Shown: positions 37,791-50,618 of the stretch, piece after piece
Layout: each line of letters opens with the position of its first letter
Position numbering within the stretch: the stretch's first letter is position 1
Source of the DNA: Vicugna vicugna
Taxonomy: Eukaryota
Assembly: GCA_013265495.1 (NCBI GenBank)
Contig: MU059903.1
Coordinates: 124,001 to 188,000, forward strand
Direction of reading: 5' to 3'
Length of the DNA: 64,000 nt
Made by a program: the position numbers and the translations under genes
The notes under the pieces: generated by a model
What the model saw: the letters and a program-made list of their open reading frames with translations, nothing else
Database searches by the model: none
What the model was told of the DNA's origin: nothing

Positions 37791-39933
37791 TTCTGGTTTG
37801 TCTTGAAGACGTGGAAGAGAGGAGACAGAAGTGACTAGACTTGGGCGGCCCACCTGCTCATCATACAACGTTCAGCCGGAAGTAACTCGCTGTGCACTGG
37901 AGGTGGGGGAGTCGGGGAAGACACGGGCCCAACCAGAAAGGAAATCGGGCACCGGCGACCCACTGGAGGCTGCTGGGGGCGCAGTGACCAGCCCAGCGCG
38001 AAGGGAAAGGGTGCCCAGGACGGAGAAATCACTTGGAATGACGCTCGATGGACAGGCGGGCAGACAAGGCGGAGGTGAAAGGTCAGTGTCACTCTGAAGG
38101 GACAGCTCCCACTCGGGAAGTGGGGATGCAATTAAGGAGAAAAAAATTAAAGATAATGAGATTAGGAGTAAAAAATGTGTAAGTGCACATGACCAAAATA
38201 ATGACAGGGCATGTGGCGGCCTTGAAAGGGACCCAGAGGTCAGAGAGAACGATCAGGACTGTTACCAGAGGCTCAAAGACACCAGCCCCAGCGGCGCGGG
38301 GACCGCAACTCCACCCCCGGACGATGGTCGCAGCCGTCCTTACGGGCGGTGTGCAGGCCCACGGCTGAGACCGCGCGCTTGGCTGAGTCGTTCTCCTCCG
38401 AACGGCGCATCATGGAAATGAAGGAAGGGAGACAGGGCGTTCAGACGGCAGGCCTCAGGAGGGGGGCGACTGAGAGGCCCTCGCTGGGAAGTGACGGGCT
38501 CGACGGTATTTGATCTGCACAGATCGCGCCCTTTCCAAGCTTTCAATACTTACGGGCACAGGGTCTTGATGGCAGCGATGGGGCCAGGCTCCCCGGGAGG
38601 AGAGCAGGCAGGTGCACACACGCCCGCGACGCCCACGAGGAGAGCAGGGAGCCCCCGCGTCCCTGCCGGCCTCACGGCCTCCGAAGGCCTCCTTCAGCAA
38701 ACAGCCGGCCGCCGGCCAGACACCTGGGCTCCTCGACACTCTGCTGTGGCAGAGATCTGCGGGCAGGACAGCAAAGCTGTCCAGCGTTCAGCGGTCCCCC
38801 AGAGAAACCCACGATCCATGAAGCCCCATCACCAAGCCCATGGCTTCTGGGAACCGGCTCCCTCCTCCCAGGAAGGACCTGCAGGGCACTCACACCAGGC
38901 CCGGGCCGTCCTGCCAGCCGGCAGCTGCTCACCGTCTGTTTCTGACACTCCGTCATCCTGTTTCTGTCAGCGCTGCCATCTCTCAGTTGTTACTGCGGGT
39001 TTCCGCCCTCCCGGGCTCCCGTCCCGCCTTCCGTCCTTCCTACTTCCTACGTCTATTTCCTTCTTTTAAGACTCGCACATCTCACAAGTGGAAACGCACC
39101 GCAGTCCCCTCCCCGGTGCAGGTTGTCCCTGAAACAGACACTAGAAGACATCTGGAAATAATTCTTTTTTGCAAAATTAGTCACCCAAAGACTCAGTCCT
39201 GTGCATTGAATGGTGTGTAAGGGGCGTTTCAGGGGTGAGGCCAAGGGTGCCTTCCTCCCCACGGCCCCTCTCTGCCCTGACCTGGGAAAAAGCCTGAAAC
39301 AGGCAGCGACAAATCTAAGAGCCAGTCTGGCGACGGTGCTGGGAAGTTCTGGACGTCCACAGCCTGACGCCTGGACGTGTCCTAGGCCCGGGCCACCAGG
39401 TTCAAGCTCGTCTGGTGCAGCACCAGGCGGGGCCAGCCCAGGGTCGAGGGACTGGTGCAGAGACGCCCAGGCAGGCAGTGGCCGAGTCCCTGGTCACAGA
39501 GCCACAGGGGAGGCTGTCAGGACCGCCCTCAGGAGGGCCGGGACTCGGGGTCTGCGCAGCCCGGGGAGAACCCCAGCACCAGGGGTCAAGCTCAGTCACT
39601 CCCCGTGGGCTCCCACACGCCTCTGGGAGTGAGACACGAAGCAGGGTCCCAGTTCAGGCTGCAACAGGCAGGCCAGGACCACGGGTGGGGTCGGGGTTTA
39701 TGAGCTTGGGGCCTCGGGACCGCAGAGCCCCCAGGCCCCCTCCCTGGACCCCCACCTGTGAGTGGACAGTCTGCACACTCAGAGCAGCAGGGCTGGGGAA
39801 AGGCGGGAGGGGACAGCTCCCTGAATCCATTTCTGGGATGGGGAGGAGCAGGCGGTGCGGCCACGAGACTGGCTGGGCCGGGGCCTCCGTCTCCTTACTG
39901 CCCCCGACACCCACACCCAGCCGGCTCACTGGA

Positions 39934-40021
39934 GCCTTCTGTCCACGGCGACCCTCGGGTCAGCACTCTTCCTGGGGCCTCCTGTCCATGGCGACCCTCG
40001 GGTCAGCACTCTTCCTGGGGC
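39934..40021 (+). repeat. Two-copy 43-bp tandem duplication
   Basis: ctgtcca(c/t)ggcgaccctcgggtcagcactcttcctggggc repeated with period 43. Confidence 0.9.
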
Positions 40022-41267
40022 AGGCCACGTTCCCTCCCCCCGAAACCCACCACCTGCACCCGGTGCGGCCCCGCATCTGTGCGCCGTCTCCTGTCTGTCC
40101 CACAGCCTGTGGAACCCACAGCCCCCGACTTCCTGACACAGAGCTCGGCCCCCAGCAAGCCCAGCAGTGCGGCCCCGTCCTGCTGGGCCGTCGTCATCCC
40201 TGCTCCCGGACCCGCAGAGAGACCCCGCTCACGTGGGGCGCGGGCCTCGCAGACCTCACGCCCTCCATCGCCATGCCCTGCGGAGCCCTGACTGGAGCAC
40301 CGCCTGCCCACTGCACTTGTCGCCTGTCTCCTTGTGAACGGCGTCACCCTAGGATGCTCCAAGATGCCAAGCCTGGCGTTGGAACCCTGCCTTCTAGGAA
40401 CTTTCTATGAGCAGGTTAACGTGACAGTCCTTGCAGCCTGGAGCCGCCAAAAACTAAAAGAAACCGGCTGATGGATGCCCGCCGAACCCGCCAGCCGATG
40501 AAGCACCCCCTCCAGCACCCCCCCCCGTCTCGCTCCCACACATGCAGACTGTCCGCTCGGGGCCGCAGGCGAGAAACGGGGCTGTTCAGCAGGACAGTTA
40601 ACAAGAGTTTAAAAAAGTAAAGCTGACGGTGAGGTTTGCAAGGCCTGTGGCACAAAAACATGGCTTCCAACTCACTCAAGAGGAACAACTTTGTCGGCCT
40701 GTGTTCTGAGCCCTGAAGAGGAGCGCACGGGGACGCCGCGGGGACCAGCCGCTGCGACGTGTCCCAGCTCCGAAAGTGCCGTCACTTGTTCCGCAGTCAC
40801 CCTGACCCTAGGACGACTAGAGTCTGGAGTTGAGACAGTTAACGATTCAATTCTCCTGACTGTCATTTTCTAGCTTCAGACGAGCTGCTGACTGACATGT
40901 GGATACGGAAAAAACGTGTTTGGAGGTGGAACAACTCTGGCAGGATGTCACCCCCGCAACGGGAGAAACGTTACCCTAACGAGACGCAAGGAAGTCAGAG
41001 AGGAGGGAGGCGGGGGCCCGCACAGCGCCCTAAACCTGCGTTACTCTGGAAAAGGCAGCAAGCTTGGCGTGAACAGTGAAACTTCCAGATTAAGCAGAGC
41101 CTCGGTATTCAGAACATCACTTCAAAAGAGACGTGCTGAACAGCTGGGGAGAAAGTCAAATATTTCCTCAAAAGGGAGACAAGTTCAATTGGGTTTGGGA
41201 AGCCTGACTGTGCGGGAACACAGCTCCGGGGGACAGTGACACGGAAGTCAGATTTCAGGTGCCAGAC

Positions 41268-41304
41268 CGTGTGTGCACGTGCACACACGTGTGCGTACAC
41301 ACGT
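41268..41304. repeat. 37-bp perfect purine-pyrimidine alternation containing a 22-bp palindrome
   Basis: cgtgtgtgcacgtgcacacacgtgtgcgtacacacgt; the palindrome spans 41268-41289. Confidence 0.85.
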
Positions 41305-42867
41305 TCCACCAGGCGGAGCGGCTGACACGCACACCAAGTGCTTGCAGTCACCCACAGCAGTTGTCACTGTGTGTCTCAGCTGGCATGTCCCCTCCCGTCC
41401 CTTCTGATTCACCGTCCGTTTTGTTTGCCGTGAGCCACAGCAGAAAACTGTGTGTTTGGTGTAGCCATCACCACTTGGCTTCTGGCGACCAAATATTTGA
41501 TCGTTTCTATTCCAAGATGAGTTGGGCAACACTAACTCACAGATGCATTTGCAACAGATAATTAAATCTTAACAGAGACAGAATGGCATTTCAGAACAAT
41601 CGCAGCGATGCTTGAACGTGAACCCTTTTTCTGTTTTATTGCAGGATAGATAGAGACTTGGGGGAATACAAATTGATCGAGAGATAAAACGTTGCACAGC
41701 AGACGGAAGGAGGGCCTGTGCTGGCGGGCCACACAGGCCGTGGCGTTGGGTCCAGAACACGGTTGTCTCCTCTCACCCTTTCACTCACTCGCTCACTCGT
41801 CCGAGTGTCGGAGCAGCGCCAGGCCGTGAGGCTCACCCCCGGGGCACACGTTCGTCTCCTGGTTACTGTCTGTCTGCTCAGTGCAAGACATGGTACAATC
41901 AGACCATCCTTGTTAAAGGAGCTGGGCTGATGTCCACTCCCGGTGAAAACTCCGCTCCGTGGTCCACGTGTCCCCCCACCACACACCCCTCCACTCAGGG
42001 AGGGAGGGGGTCCCATCTAATCCAGGGGGCGGTGTTTCTACGTCCGGTGCTGCTGTTGCCTGGGAGTGGCTCCCAAGCGCAGGACCGTGCTGAGACCCCA
42101 AGGCGCCCCAGGACACGGGACGTGTGTCCTCCAGGGTCACGCGTGCGGGAATGGAAGACTCGGCAGCACCACGCCGCACGAGCACAGCAGGGGGCAGGCC
42201 CGGGGCACTTCCCGGGCCGGGAGGACAGCTGCGCGCTCCCTGCAGTGGCGGCCCGGCCCTCGGGCTCCACAGCTCGGCCCCGGGGCCGTGGCTCCTCTTC
42301 CACGCCCTTCCTGGACCTTTGGGGGCAGACAACCTATTGTCCCACAGCCCAGGGTCGTGTCTGCCGAGGGGAAGAGCACTTAGGTTGCCTGTGAAATCTC
42401 TGTCCGGCTACGCGCGTGCATTGGCATATGGTGTGATTTAACTCTAATCGTCCGGGTTTTCCCAGCAAAGAAACCGAAAGCGGTCCAGGCGAGCGAGCAC
42501 TTTCACAGCCAGAACGGAAGGAAGAAAGTGGCCAAATCTGACGACAGGCTTTCACAGGACGCATGTGAGCCAATGGAGGACCATAAGCGCAAAGACGGAG
42601 GCCCGGCACCGGCTCCATCTTCACTGACAGGACGGCCGGGGGCCTGCCTGCGCCCTCACCGCCAGCAAGTCCCCCGAAGCCGCCCCAGGGCCTCGCGCAG
42701 GTAACAGGGCCGCCGCCCCCAGAGGCAAGCGGCACACGCTCAGCGCAGCGCAGTCCTTCCTGCCAGAGGTTTCCTCCACCTCCAGACTCTTCCCTAAACA
42801 CTCCTGGGACGGGCTGGTGAGGGTCCGTGAGGGCTTCCCAGGACCCTGGAGCCACAGAGCCTACTGG

Positions 42868-43265
42868 CTGGTCAATCCGTCCCCCGGGCTGCACTGGAAG
42901 TGCAGGCAGCTTTTAGTAACAGGAACGTACATCTCAGAGTCCGGAGCCCGGGCCGGGGTGTCAGCAGCGCTGAGCCCTGAGGCCGTGAGGGAGGACCCGC
43001 CAGGCCCTCTCCCAGGACTGGCGGCCCCGACCCTCCTGGGCTGGCAGGTGGCCGTCTTCTGCCCGTCTTCACACCGTCTCCCTCCACGTGTCTCTGTTCA
43101 GACACCCCCTCTTGGCACGGACACCCGTCATGCTGGAGCAGGGCCACCCCAACGCCTCTCCCTCCCTCCTCGCATCCTCACAGGCCCACCTCCAGCTAAG
43201 CTCCTATTCACGGCACTGGGGGCTAGAACTCCAGTGTACCTGGGGGGACGCCATTCAGCCGTCCC
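42868..43265 (-). mobile_element. MLT1 solo LTR, degenerate and GC-shifted
   Basis: ggacacccgtcatgctggagcagggccacccc...tattcacggcactgggggctagaactccagtgtacctggggggacgccattcagcc matches antisense MLT1 (ggacaccagtcatattggattagggcccaccc...gggggacacaattcaaccc). Confidence 0.7.
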
Positions 43266-45596
43266 GGTCAAGGAGACCTCCAGATGCGGCTCAGCTGGTC
43301 AAGTCTCACCCCGGAAGTCTCTTCAGATGGTTGCTACAGCCGGACTCAACAAAACCCCTCCCTAGGAAACGCTGGCTGGAAGCTGTGGCTTCCCCCGTGC
43401 TCCTAGCCCGGAGCTACTCTCCAGAGAGGGAGAGAGACTGGCGGCCACGCGACGAGCAACAGGAAACAAAGCTGCGACCTCAGCCCCTCGAGGTTGGAAG
43501 GAAATGCTGTCTCTAGGTGCCGGGTTCCTCCAGTTCATAAACCCTCGTGTCTTAAAGTGTAAATGGTCACACAGCCCAGCACACCACCCTCTGAGGGCTA
43601 GTGAGGACTTGGGGACACCCCTCCCAGGGAGCATGGCAGGAGTGAGGGGGCAGCCACTCAGTACAGGTGGTCCTGCAGGCGTGACCTCGGAGCAGAGCCC
43701 GCAGCGCAGGGGACGGGCGGCTGGGACCCGGGGCGTCTCCGCCTTGACCCCTTCAGTTCACCTAGCTCTGAAATGATGGCGTTCCGTTCGTCCACCAGCT
43801 GCGGGCTCATCCTGGAGACGCCCCAGGTGTGGCTCCCCGGTCAGGCCCATCAGACCGCGGCTGAAGCACCCGCCTTCCCGGCCACTCACCACGGGATCAA
43901 CTCCAGCTGCGCTCAGGACGTGCTCACAAACGAGGACACGTCTGAGATACAGTTCTGCTGAGAGACGGCCGTTTCCACAGGAGGGAGCTGAACTCCGAAT
44001 TCCAACGCACACACGCACCATGGAAAAGGCCTTTCTGTGTGTACCAAGGGTCACTCCGCCCGCACGGCCTCGGGGACCCCCAGGTGCCCCAGCACGTTCT
44101 GGCGGCGGCCACTGCCCTCGTCTCTGGCAACTCTGCCTCGACCAGCCTGCCCGCTCCCGGAGGACAGGGCCGCGCGTGACTCCCCGTGTCCCCAGGCCCA
44201 GCACAGCACCTGGCCTGGTTGGCCTCCCTCGCACGCGGAGGTGGGGAGCCGCAGGCGCCCAGGCCCGAGCGGGGCTGTGGCTGCAGCCGCCTGGACCAGC
44301 ACCGCCTCTTGGAGGTAAGACAAGGCACAGAACCGGGGTCTGAAGGTCGGTGCCCCCGTGGGGGCCTAGGAGGGAGGGAGGGAGTCACTCCTGCTGCCAC
44401 TTTGCTCCCTGAGGAACAGAACTCCCGGGGCGGAAGTCAGGAAGGGCACACCCCCCGCCCCCAGCTGCTGTTTTTAGTCTGTTCCTGCCGGGACCCGAGA
44501 CTCCATGGTGATGGGAGTCATAGAAATAGAGACGGGAGAGCAACCGCCGAGAAGGCGTGCGTCGCAGCAAGGGCCTCGAGCTGGAAGCTGCAAAGCACTT
44601 TCTGCCTGTTTACTCTGTCGGGTGATCCTGCAGACAGAGAAGACGGGGCCGTGGCATCTGAAGCCAACCCGAGCGTCAGGTGGATGTTACAGCAGCTCTA
44701 AGGCCCTGAGGGCAGAGGGAAGCCCTTGAATTTATTCCCCGGCCTCCTGAGAAGCACCACAGATCCTGCCTCGGGGGCCTCTGCGCAGAGCAGCCCACAG
44801 GCCCCCAGACGGAGGAAGGAACCCCGTCCGTGGCATCGAAGACGCTACTGGGCTGACATGGTATCTCCAAATATGTTGTTTTGTGACAGAGGCCCTAAGC
44901 CCAGCCCTCACAGGACCAGGGACAGGACACCGTCCCTGCGTGGGCTGCCGCCCCAGCACTGGGCTTCAGCCGATGGGGACGTCTACACACCCAGGGTCAC
45001 TCAGCCACCCTGCAAGCTCGGGGCAAAGAACTGACCCCCGCTCCTCCCACATAGCCCAGTGCCATCACACGCTTTCTCTGTGTTCTGCTTTTAAATGGGA
45101 CCTCCAAGAGTCAAAGCCTGAGGAAGAACATCACAGTAAACGTGGCCACGTGGATAACCACGCTTGGCCTTGGTGTGGCTGTGCTGGGAGGTCGCTGCTT
45201 CGGGGGGCCCGTCTCGAGCCCTCACGGTAACCAGCAGGGTGGCGAGGAGGCCTGCGGAAGAAAGAGGCAGGAGGACTTGCCCCAGAGCAGCTTTCTGGCG
45301 CGGCAGGGACAGAGCCGTGCCTGAGTCTGGCTGCTTCTGGTGCCAGTCGGCCGGGGCCTCTGCTCGAGTGGGCGACCTGTTTGAGCCCCATGCAGGAGGT
45401 CAAGGCGCCCCATGCTGAGCAAATGTCCCTGGAGCTGGTCAGAGCAGGGCCTGGGCCTCCTCCCCAGATGGGCCTCTCCAAGGATGGGTCTCCCCTCCCC
45501 AATTTGTTTCAGTGACTGAGAACCGGACAAGCTTACACTGGTCAGCCAGCAACCCAGCCTGGAAAGGCTCTTCTCTGTGACCGGAGGGAGTTCCTG

Positions 45597-45665
45597 CCCC
45601 CCCCCCCCCCCCTCCCCGGGGTCCCCCATAACTTACAAAGGGGGGGGGGGGGGGGGGAGGGACCC
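45597..45665. repeat. Facing C16 and G18 homopolymer tracts
   Basis: C run at 45597-45612 and G run at 45640-45657, read directly. Confidence 0.8.
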
Positions 45666-46557
45666 CCGTGCTCGAGTTCCAGCATGACTTACGAAGGGGA
45701 GGCGGGGTAGGGAAGCAGCGTGTCTTTCTCACATGACTCTTCATGTAAAACTCTCTTTTGGAACAAACAACTCCAGGGGCAGAGTTGAAACAGTCCTGCA
45801 CAACAGGCCCTGCATCTGGGACCGCGGCCTGGGGCTCCCTGCGGCCACGGGCACCCGGCAGCTGGGCTCCCAGGCCCCTCGGGGGAGGCCTGCAGTCGTT
45901 CACCCAAACCTGATGATCACATTTATTAACACAACCAAACGCTGTACTTGGACGCAACCCATTTTTGCCCTGGTTTTAAAAAACCCGCCAATAGAAACAC
46001 CAGTCCGGTCAATTACCACCCAGGGAGGAACTCCAGCTTTATAGATCGGCAATGCGGTTGCTCTCAGCCAACCCGCAACGTGGCAGATAACGACAGATTA
46101 AACGGGTCAACGACGGCGCACGCTATCGCGGCAGCCACTCGGCCTCTGCGTCAGCACCCAGCGCCCTGGACTTCCCTCCGCTGGTCAGCGCCAGCAGAGC
46201 AGCAGGGGCAGGAGGCGGAGAGAGGCAGGCGCCACACTCAGGAGTCCCGGGCGGAACACGGGGCTTCCTTCCCCTGCCGGCCCACAGGATGCCACCCCGC
46301 ACCCCCGCCCTGTTTTAAACTTGGAGTTCTTGCTCATATTGGGTCTACAATGACGTGATGTGTTTGGAGCCCAAAGACGTGGGTTTGAGCCTGGCTAACC
46401 TGGGAAAAAGATCTCCTGAGCCCCAGTTCCCTTGCTACAGGGCAACGCCTGCTCCGTCTGCCCTGAAGGACACAAAGGGGCCCCTTCTAGGCAAACTGAT
46501 ACACGGACCAGAGGGAAGAGTCACCAACGGCGCCATGAATAAAGGGACAGACTGACC

Positions 46558-46705
46558 TGATAAACTGCCGTGTTCCCCAAAGGATCACTTCTCGTCCCAG
46601 ATAAATACTTTCAATCAGTGACCAGATAATGCAATGCGGACAGGTGTTAACCTTGGAAACGGCAAATTGAAACGTGCCAGGAACTTGAGGTGCTACGGTT
46701 GATAA
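46558..46705 (+). promoter_or_regulatory. Cluster of four WGATAA motifs, candidate GATA enhancer
   Basis: tgataa at 46558, agataa at 46599, agataa at 46624, tgataa at 46700. Confidence 0.35.
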
Positions 46706-47399
46706 ACTGCACGTGTGCTCGCAATGCCTCTCAGCGGAGACGCTCCCCGACTAGAGACTGCTCCCACCGTGACACCGAGATCTGATCTCTCCTGCGGACG
46801 AGGGGCTTTCTGGAAGGGAAGACGAAATCGGTCAGTTCGGTAAATTCTAGGCGTGCTCTGGGGCAGCGGGAAGAAAACAGTGCATTTATTCCATGACTTC
46901 TGAACTCCACGGAGCCTTCCCACACTACAGTGCTCATTTGCAAGGTGCACAGCAGGAGGGTCGTGGGGAAGTGCTTGGGCTGGCGGAGGGGGGTCAGGAG
47001 GACATCCAGCAGCGGGAAAACGATGCACGGACAGAGGCGAGAGCGGGAGTGGGGCCGCACGCCTGGGGAGGAGACGCTGGAAGGCATCTTCGGTCCCTAT
47101 ATTTTGTCCATACTCCGACTGGAAGATGGCTGCCAGGCGCCCCCCTAGTTCAGGGGTTAGGGTGAGGCATAGACGCAACCGAGGCCGCGCCAGCCCCTCC
47201 CCGGACTGAGCCATGACTTCCCTCACTGCTCACTGCCCACCTCTGAGCCCCACCGTGCCCAAGACGGGCGCTGCCACGTGGGCCTCTGTGCATGTTCTTC
47301 TGGACAGAGAGACTGTTTGAGGTTATCTGTAAAGAATATTCCCATGTCCGTGAAATGCTTAAAATTGAAATGGGATATGAAAAGAGCCTTTTCATAAGA

Positions 47400-47505
47400 A
47401 GAACAGATTGCCGTCTACCTTGGATAATTTAAGTGAGACGGTATCTGCACACGGGCAGGAGATGGTGACCTCCTACGGTCCCTTCCAACCCAAGATTCCA
47501 TCATA
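47400..47505 (+). mobile_element. CR1/L3 (or MIR3) 3' tail, very old
   Basis: gatggtgacctcctacggtcccttccaacccaagattccat resembles the CR1/L3 tail gatgacctc..ggtcccttccaaccc..gattctatgatt. Confidence 0.55.
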
Positions 47506-47728
47506 GCTTGTATTTTCCATGCGCAAAGCAACAACCCACATCTGACACAACTCTTAGAGTATCTGAGAACAGAATCTGAGCAAAATAACCTTAGTATCTT
47601 TTTTATCCTGCGTTTTCCTTAAAAAAAAAGATGAATTACAGTCGCCCACAGGAAAGGCCTGTGCAGTAGGAGAGGAGCATTCCACCTGGAGACGGTCCTC
47701 CTGACAGCCACCAGCTCTCCTGGTTCGT

Positions 47729-48185
47729 TATTTTTATCGTAGGAAACACACGTAACACAAAGGCACCGCTGTGACCCCTCTAGGAGGGCGGCCCCGGAGC
47801 ACCGGGTACGTTCCCGTTGCTCTGCCGCCACCCCTGCCGTCCTCCCGGAACTTTCCACCGTCCCAGGTCATGTGCCGCTCACTCACTCACTCCCGTTTCC
47901 TGCCCCCGCCGCGGTCACCACCTCGGTTCTGCGTTGTCTCTGGGTCTGACTATGCCAGGTACTTCCTATCAGTGCAGTCAGACAGAATTCGTCCTTCTGT
48001 GTCTGCTTGCTGCACCGAGCATCGATTCTTCAAGGATCGTCCATGTCGCGGCCTGTGTTGGAATCTACTCGCTTCTAAGGCGGACTGATGTTCCACCATA
48101 CGTATAGGCACACCACCCTTTGTCTGCTCATCTGTTGATGGACACCCAGCTTGCTTCTGTCCTCTGGCCGCTGTGAGTCCTGACA
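47729..48185 (-). mobile_element. L1MB-like 3' fragment, antisense, GC-shifted
   Basis: tttttatcgtaggaaacacacgtaacacaaagg...cagaattcgtccttctgtgtctgc...ctttgtctgctcatctgttgatggacacccagcttgcttc is collinear with antisense L1MB. Confidence 0.8.
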
Positions 48186-50618
48186 CCTGTCTGCAACCTC
48201 ACTCCTGCTCTTTCGGGGACAGGCCCACCTCGGAGATGTTGTGGGTTCCGTTCTACACCACGAAGTAAATCAAGAATCAGAATAAAGCGAGTCACACGAA
48301 TCCTTGGTTTCTCCACGCATGTGTGTGGAAGACGCCAGCCCAGGGACGGGTCTGTGTTGCAAGAGAAGCTAAGAAAGGCCGGGGGGAGGCTACTGCTGAC
48401 GGCTGACCTCCGCCTGCCCCCCAGCTCATCTCACCCCCTTCCCCTCCTGAGAGCCCCCTGACCTCTCAAGTGATAGACGCCGCATGTCTGCTCTGGGCCT
48501 GTCCTCCCGGAACCACAGGAGAATCTCCAGGATACAGTCAGGGAAGAAAATCGCACAATGCTAATCTGAACCTTACAATCTGCGCTGGGGTTTTTGAAAA
48601 GCAAGAGGATAAACGGTCCTAGAAACCGATGAAATGTGCTTCTGAACATTCTGTTTGGTTCCTGTGGCTGATGCTCCCCGTGAGGTCCAGGAGCCAGCAG
48701 GGCCAGCACCCGCCGGAAGCCGGCCAGCAACGCGGGCCCCGGCCACCTCCACCCCCTGCCCCCCGCGATGGAACAGACGCCCGGGGGTCGGAGGCACACA
48801 TGCGCATGAGAAGCACTGTCCTGGAACATCCCGAGGTTCCACATATTCCATCAGACTGTGCAAGACCACGGAGACGGCCCACAGGAAGCACGAGACGGCC
48901 TCACCCTCGTCAAATGTGCAGAGGGGAGGACAGGTGAGGCCCCACCCGCCGCTGGCTGGCTTTGGAACATCCAAACGCTTAGGGCGGAGTGGAGGCTGCA
49001 GCAGGAAGACAGGGAATGTCGAGTGGCACCATCTGAAACACACAGTATTTAGTGGAACACACTTCTTCTGAGACAAGAGTTAGTTCAAGCTGTTTCAATG
49101 AACCTAACTCTGGGGCAATAATGAAGTAAAGCAGGTGGCTCTTAAGAAAGGAATGAGGGAACCAAATGCCAAAACACAGTGCTTTTTTGACAGTGACAGA
49201 GTTCAATGCCAAACAGCAACTGCATGAAAAGAAGAAAAACTGTAACAGGAGGTTGGATTGGGAAATTGAGAAGTAAAGAAAAAATACACATATCCCCAAA
49301 TTGTGACGATTACATGAGATTGATTTTATTTCTGTTTCTAGAAAGCACACTAACACCGGGTACCAATTAGCAGCCCCGCCGGCAGGCCCGCATCAGCGTC
49401 ACCAGCCAAACAGAGAAATCAAGACTGTTTCATCCCCCTGGAGTCAATTTTGAGGCACAGTGTTGGGAAAAGCGACAAGGAGGCCGGTGGTGTTCGCACT
49501 CTTCTGCATGGATAAGCACAGAGCGGCCACCGTCAGTTCAGAAGGGGCTCTCTCGGCGGGGAGGCCCAGTGTGACCAGCACAGGTGACAAGCAACAGGCT
49601 CTTGAAGGGTTGGACGCAGGTTCCCGGCTCTGGCTGCACATGGGCACCACCTGGGGCGCTTCACAAAACCCCGAAGCCTGGGCCTGACCCCTGTGCATTC
49701 CGCCGATGCTGACCTGGCGCCAAGGCTGAGAGCCACAGGACCGCGGGGCCCCAGGTCTGGGCCCTGTGGGCCCGCCTGCACATGCTGCTAAAAGGAGGAC
49801 CCTGGAGACTTGTGGCTCCCACCCCAGGACGTGTCGAGTTGGAAGGAACGCTGTCCCCACTCGTACAGTGATAAAGAGCCTTGCTTCAAACCCACAGCTT
49901 TGCTCAAACCTTCAGGGAGCTGAGGTCACAGAGCAAACAATGGCCTAAGGTTTCAGGAGACACAGTCCTGGCCGGAAGAGGGAGAGGGAGAGGCACACGT
50001 GCGGCCACCTCCAGCAGACACGACAAGACACCCCGGTGAGAGTCCGCGGGGGTGGCTGGGCGCGGGGCACGGCTGAGCCCTGCGGCTGCAGAGACTCGGG
50101 GAGGCCACCTAGTCTGGCAGGTCCTTTCCCTGTTAGCCCCACCAAGTGCTCATGGAAACAACCGGAAAGAGCCTGAGAAGTGGCCCCGCTGGTGAAGATC
50201 CAGGGCAGGAACAGCAGCCAGAGACCCCACCCGAGCCTCCCCGCCGTCAGTTACAGGCAACAGCTCCGCAGGCCGCGGCGCGCTGGCGGCCCCGCCCTGC
50301 AGGTGGACGGAGGCTGCGTGGGGGCCCTACTCCTGGGTTTTAAATTTAAGTTCTGAGTGCGGGACTGGAGCAGGGCAGGGGCAGGGGAACCGAGAAACCG
50401 ACACCCTGAGGCCCGGGAGACGGTGACGCCCAGAAACGAGCCTCAATCAGAACCATAGGAGCCACACCCCCGCCCACCACCACCACAAGCCAAGGAGCTT
50501 CAAACCACAAGTAACAGCAGAACCCTGCTGGGAGAGGGACAGGAGATGAGCGAGAGCAGCCAAGACGCCCCATCCGAGGCACCGTGCCGAGGGAGGGCCA
50601 AGCTGAGGAACTGAACAG

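Noticed and set aside
39415-40410. 331-aa plus-strand ORF
   Set aside because: Rich in Pro/Gly/Ala/Arg, includes a 43-bp tandem duplication, overlaps ORFs in other frames, and has no protein similarity I can recognise.
43890-43957. Minus-strand candidate exon (cagcag...gtgagt)
   Set aside because: Weak pyrimidine tract, length not a multiple of 3, and no recognisable peptide.
45689-45760. KDTLLP resemblance to a CDH4 peptide, with a nearby minus-strand donor
   Set aside because: Only six residues match and the flanking residues do not.
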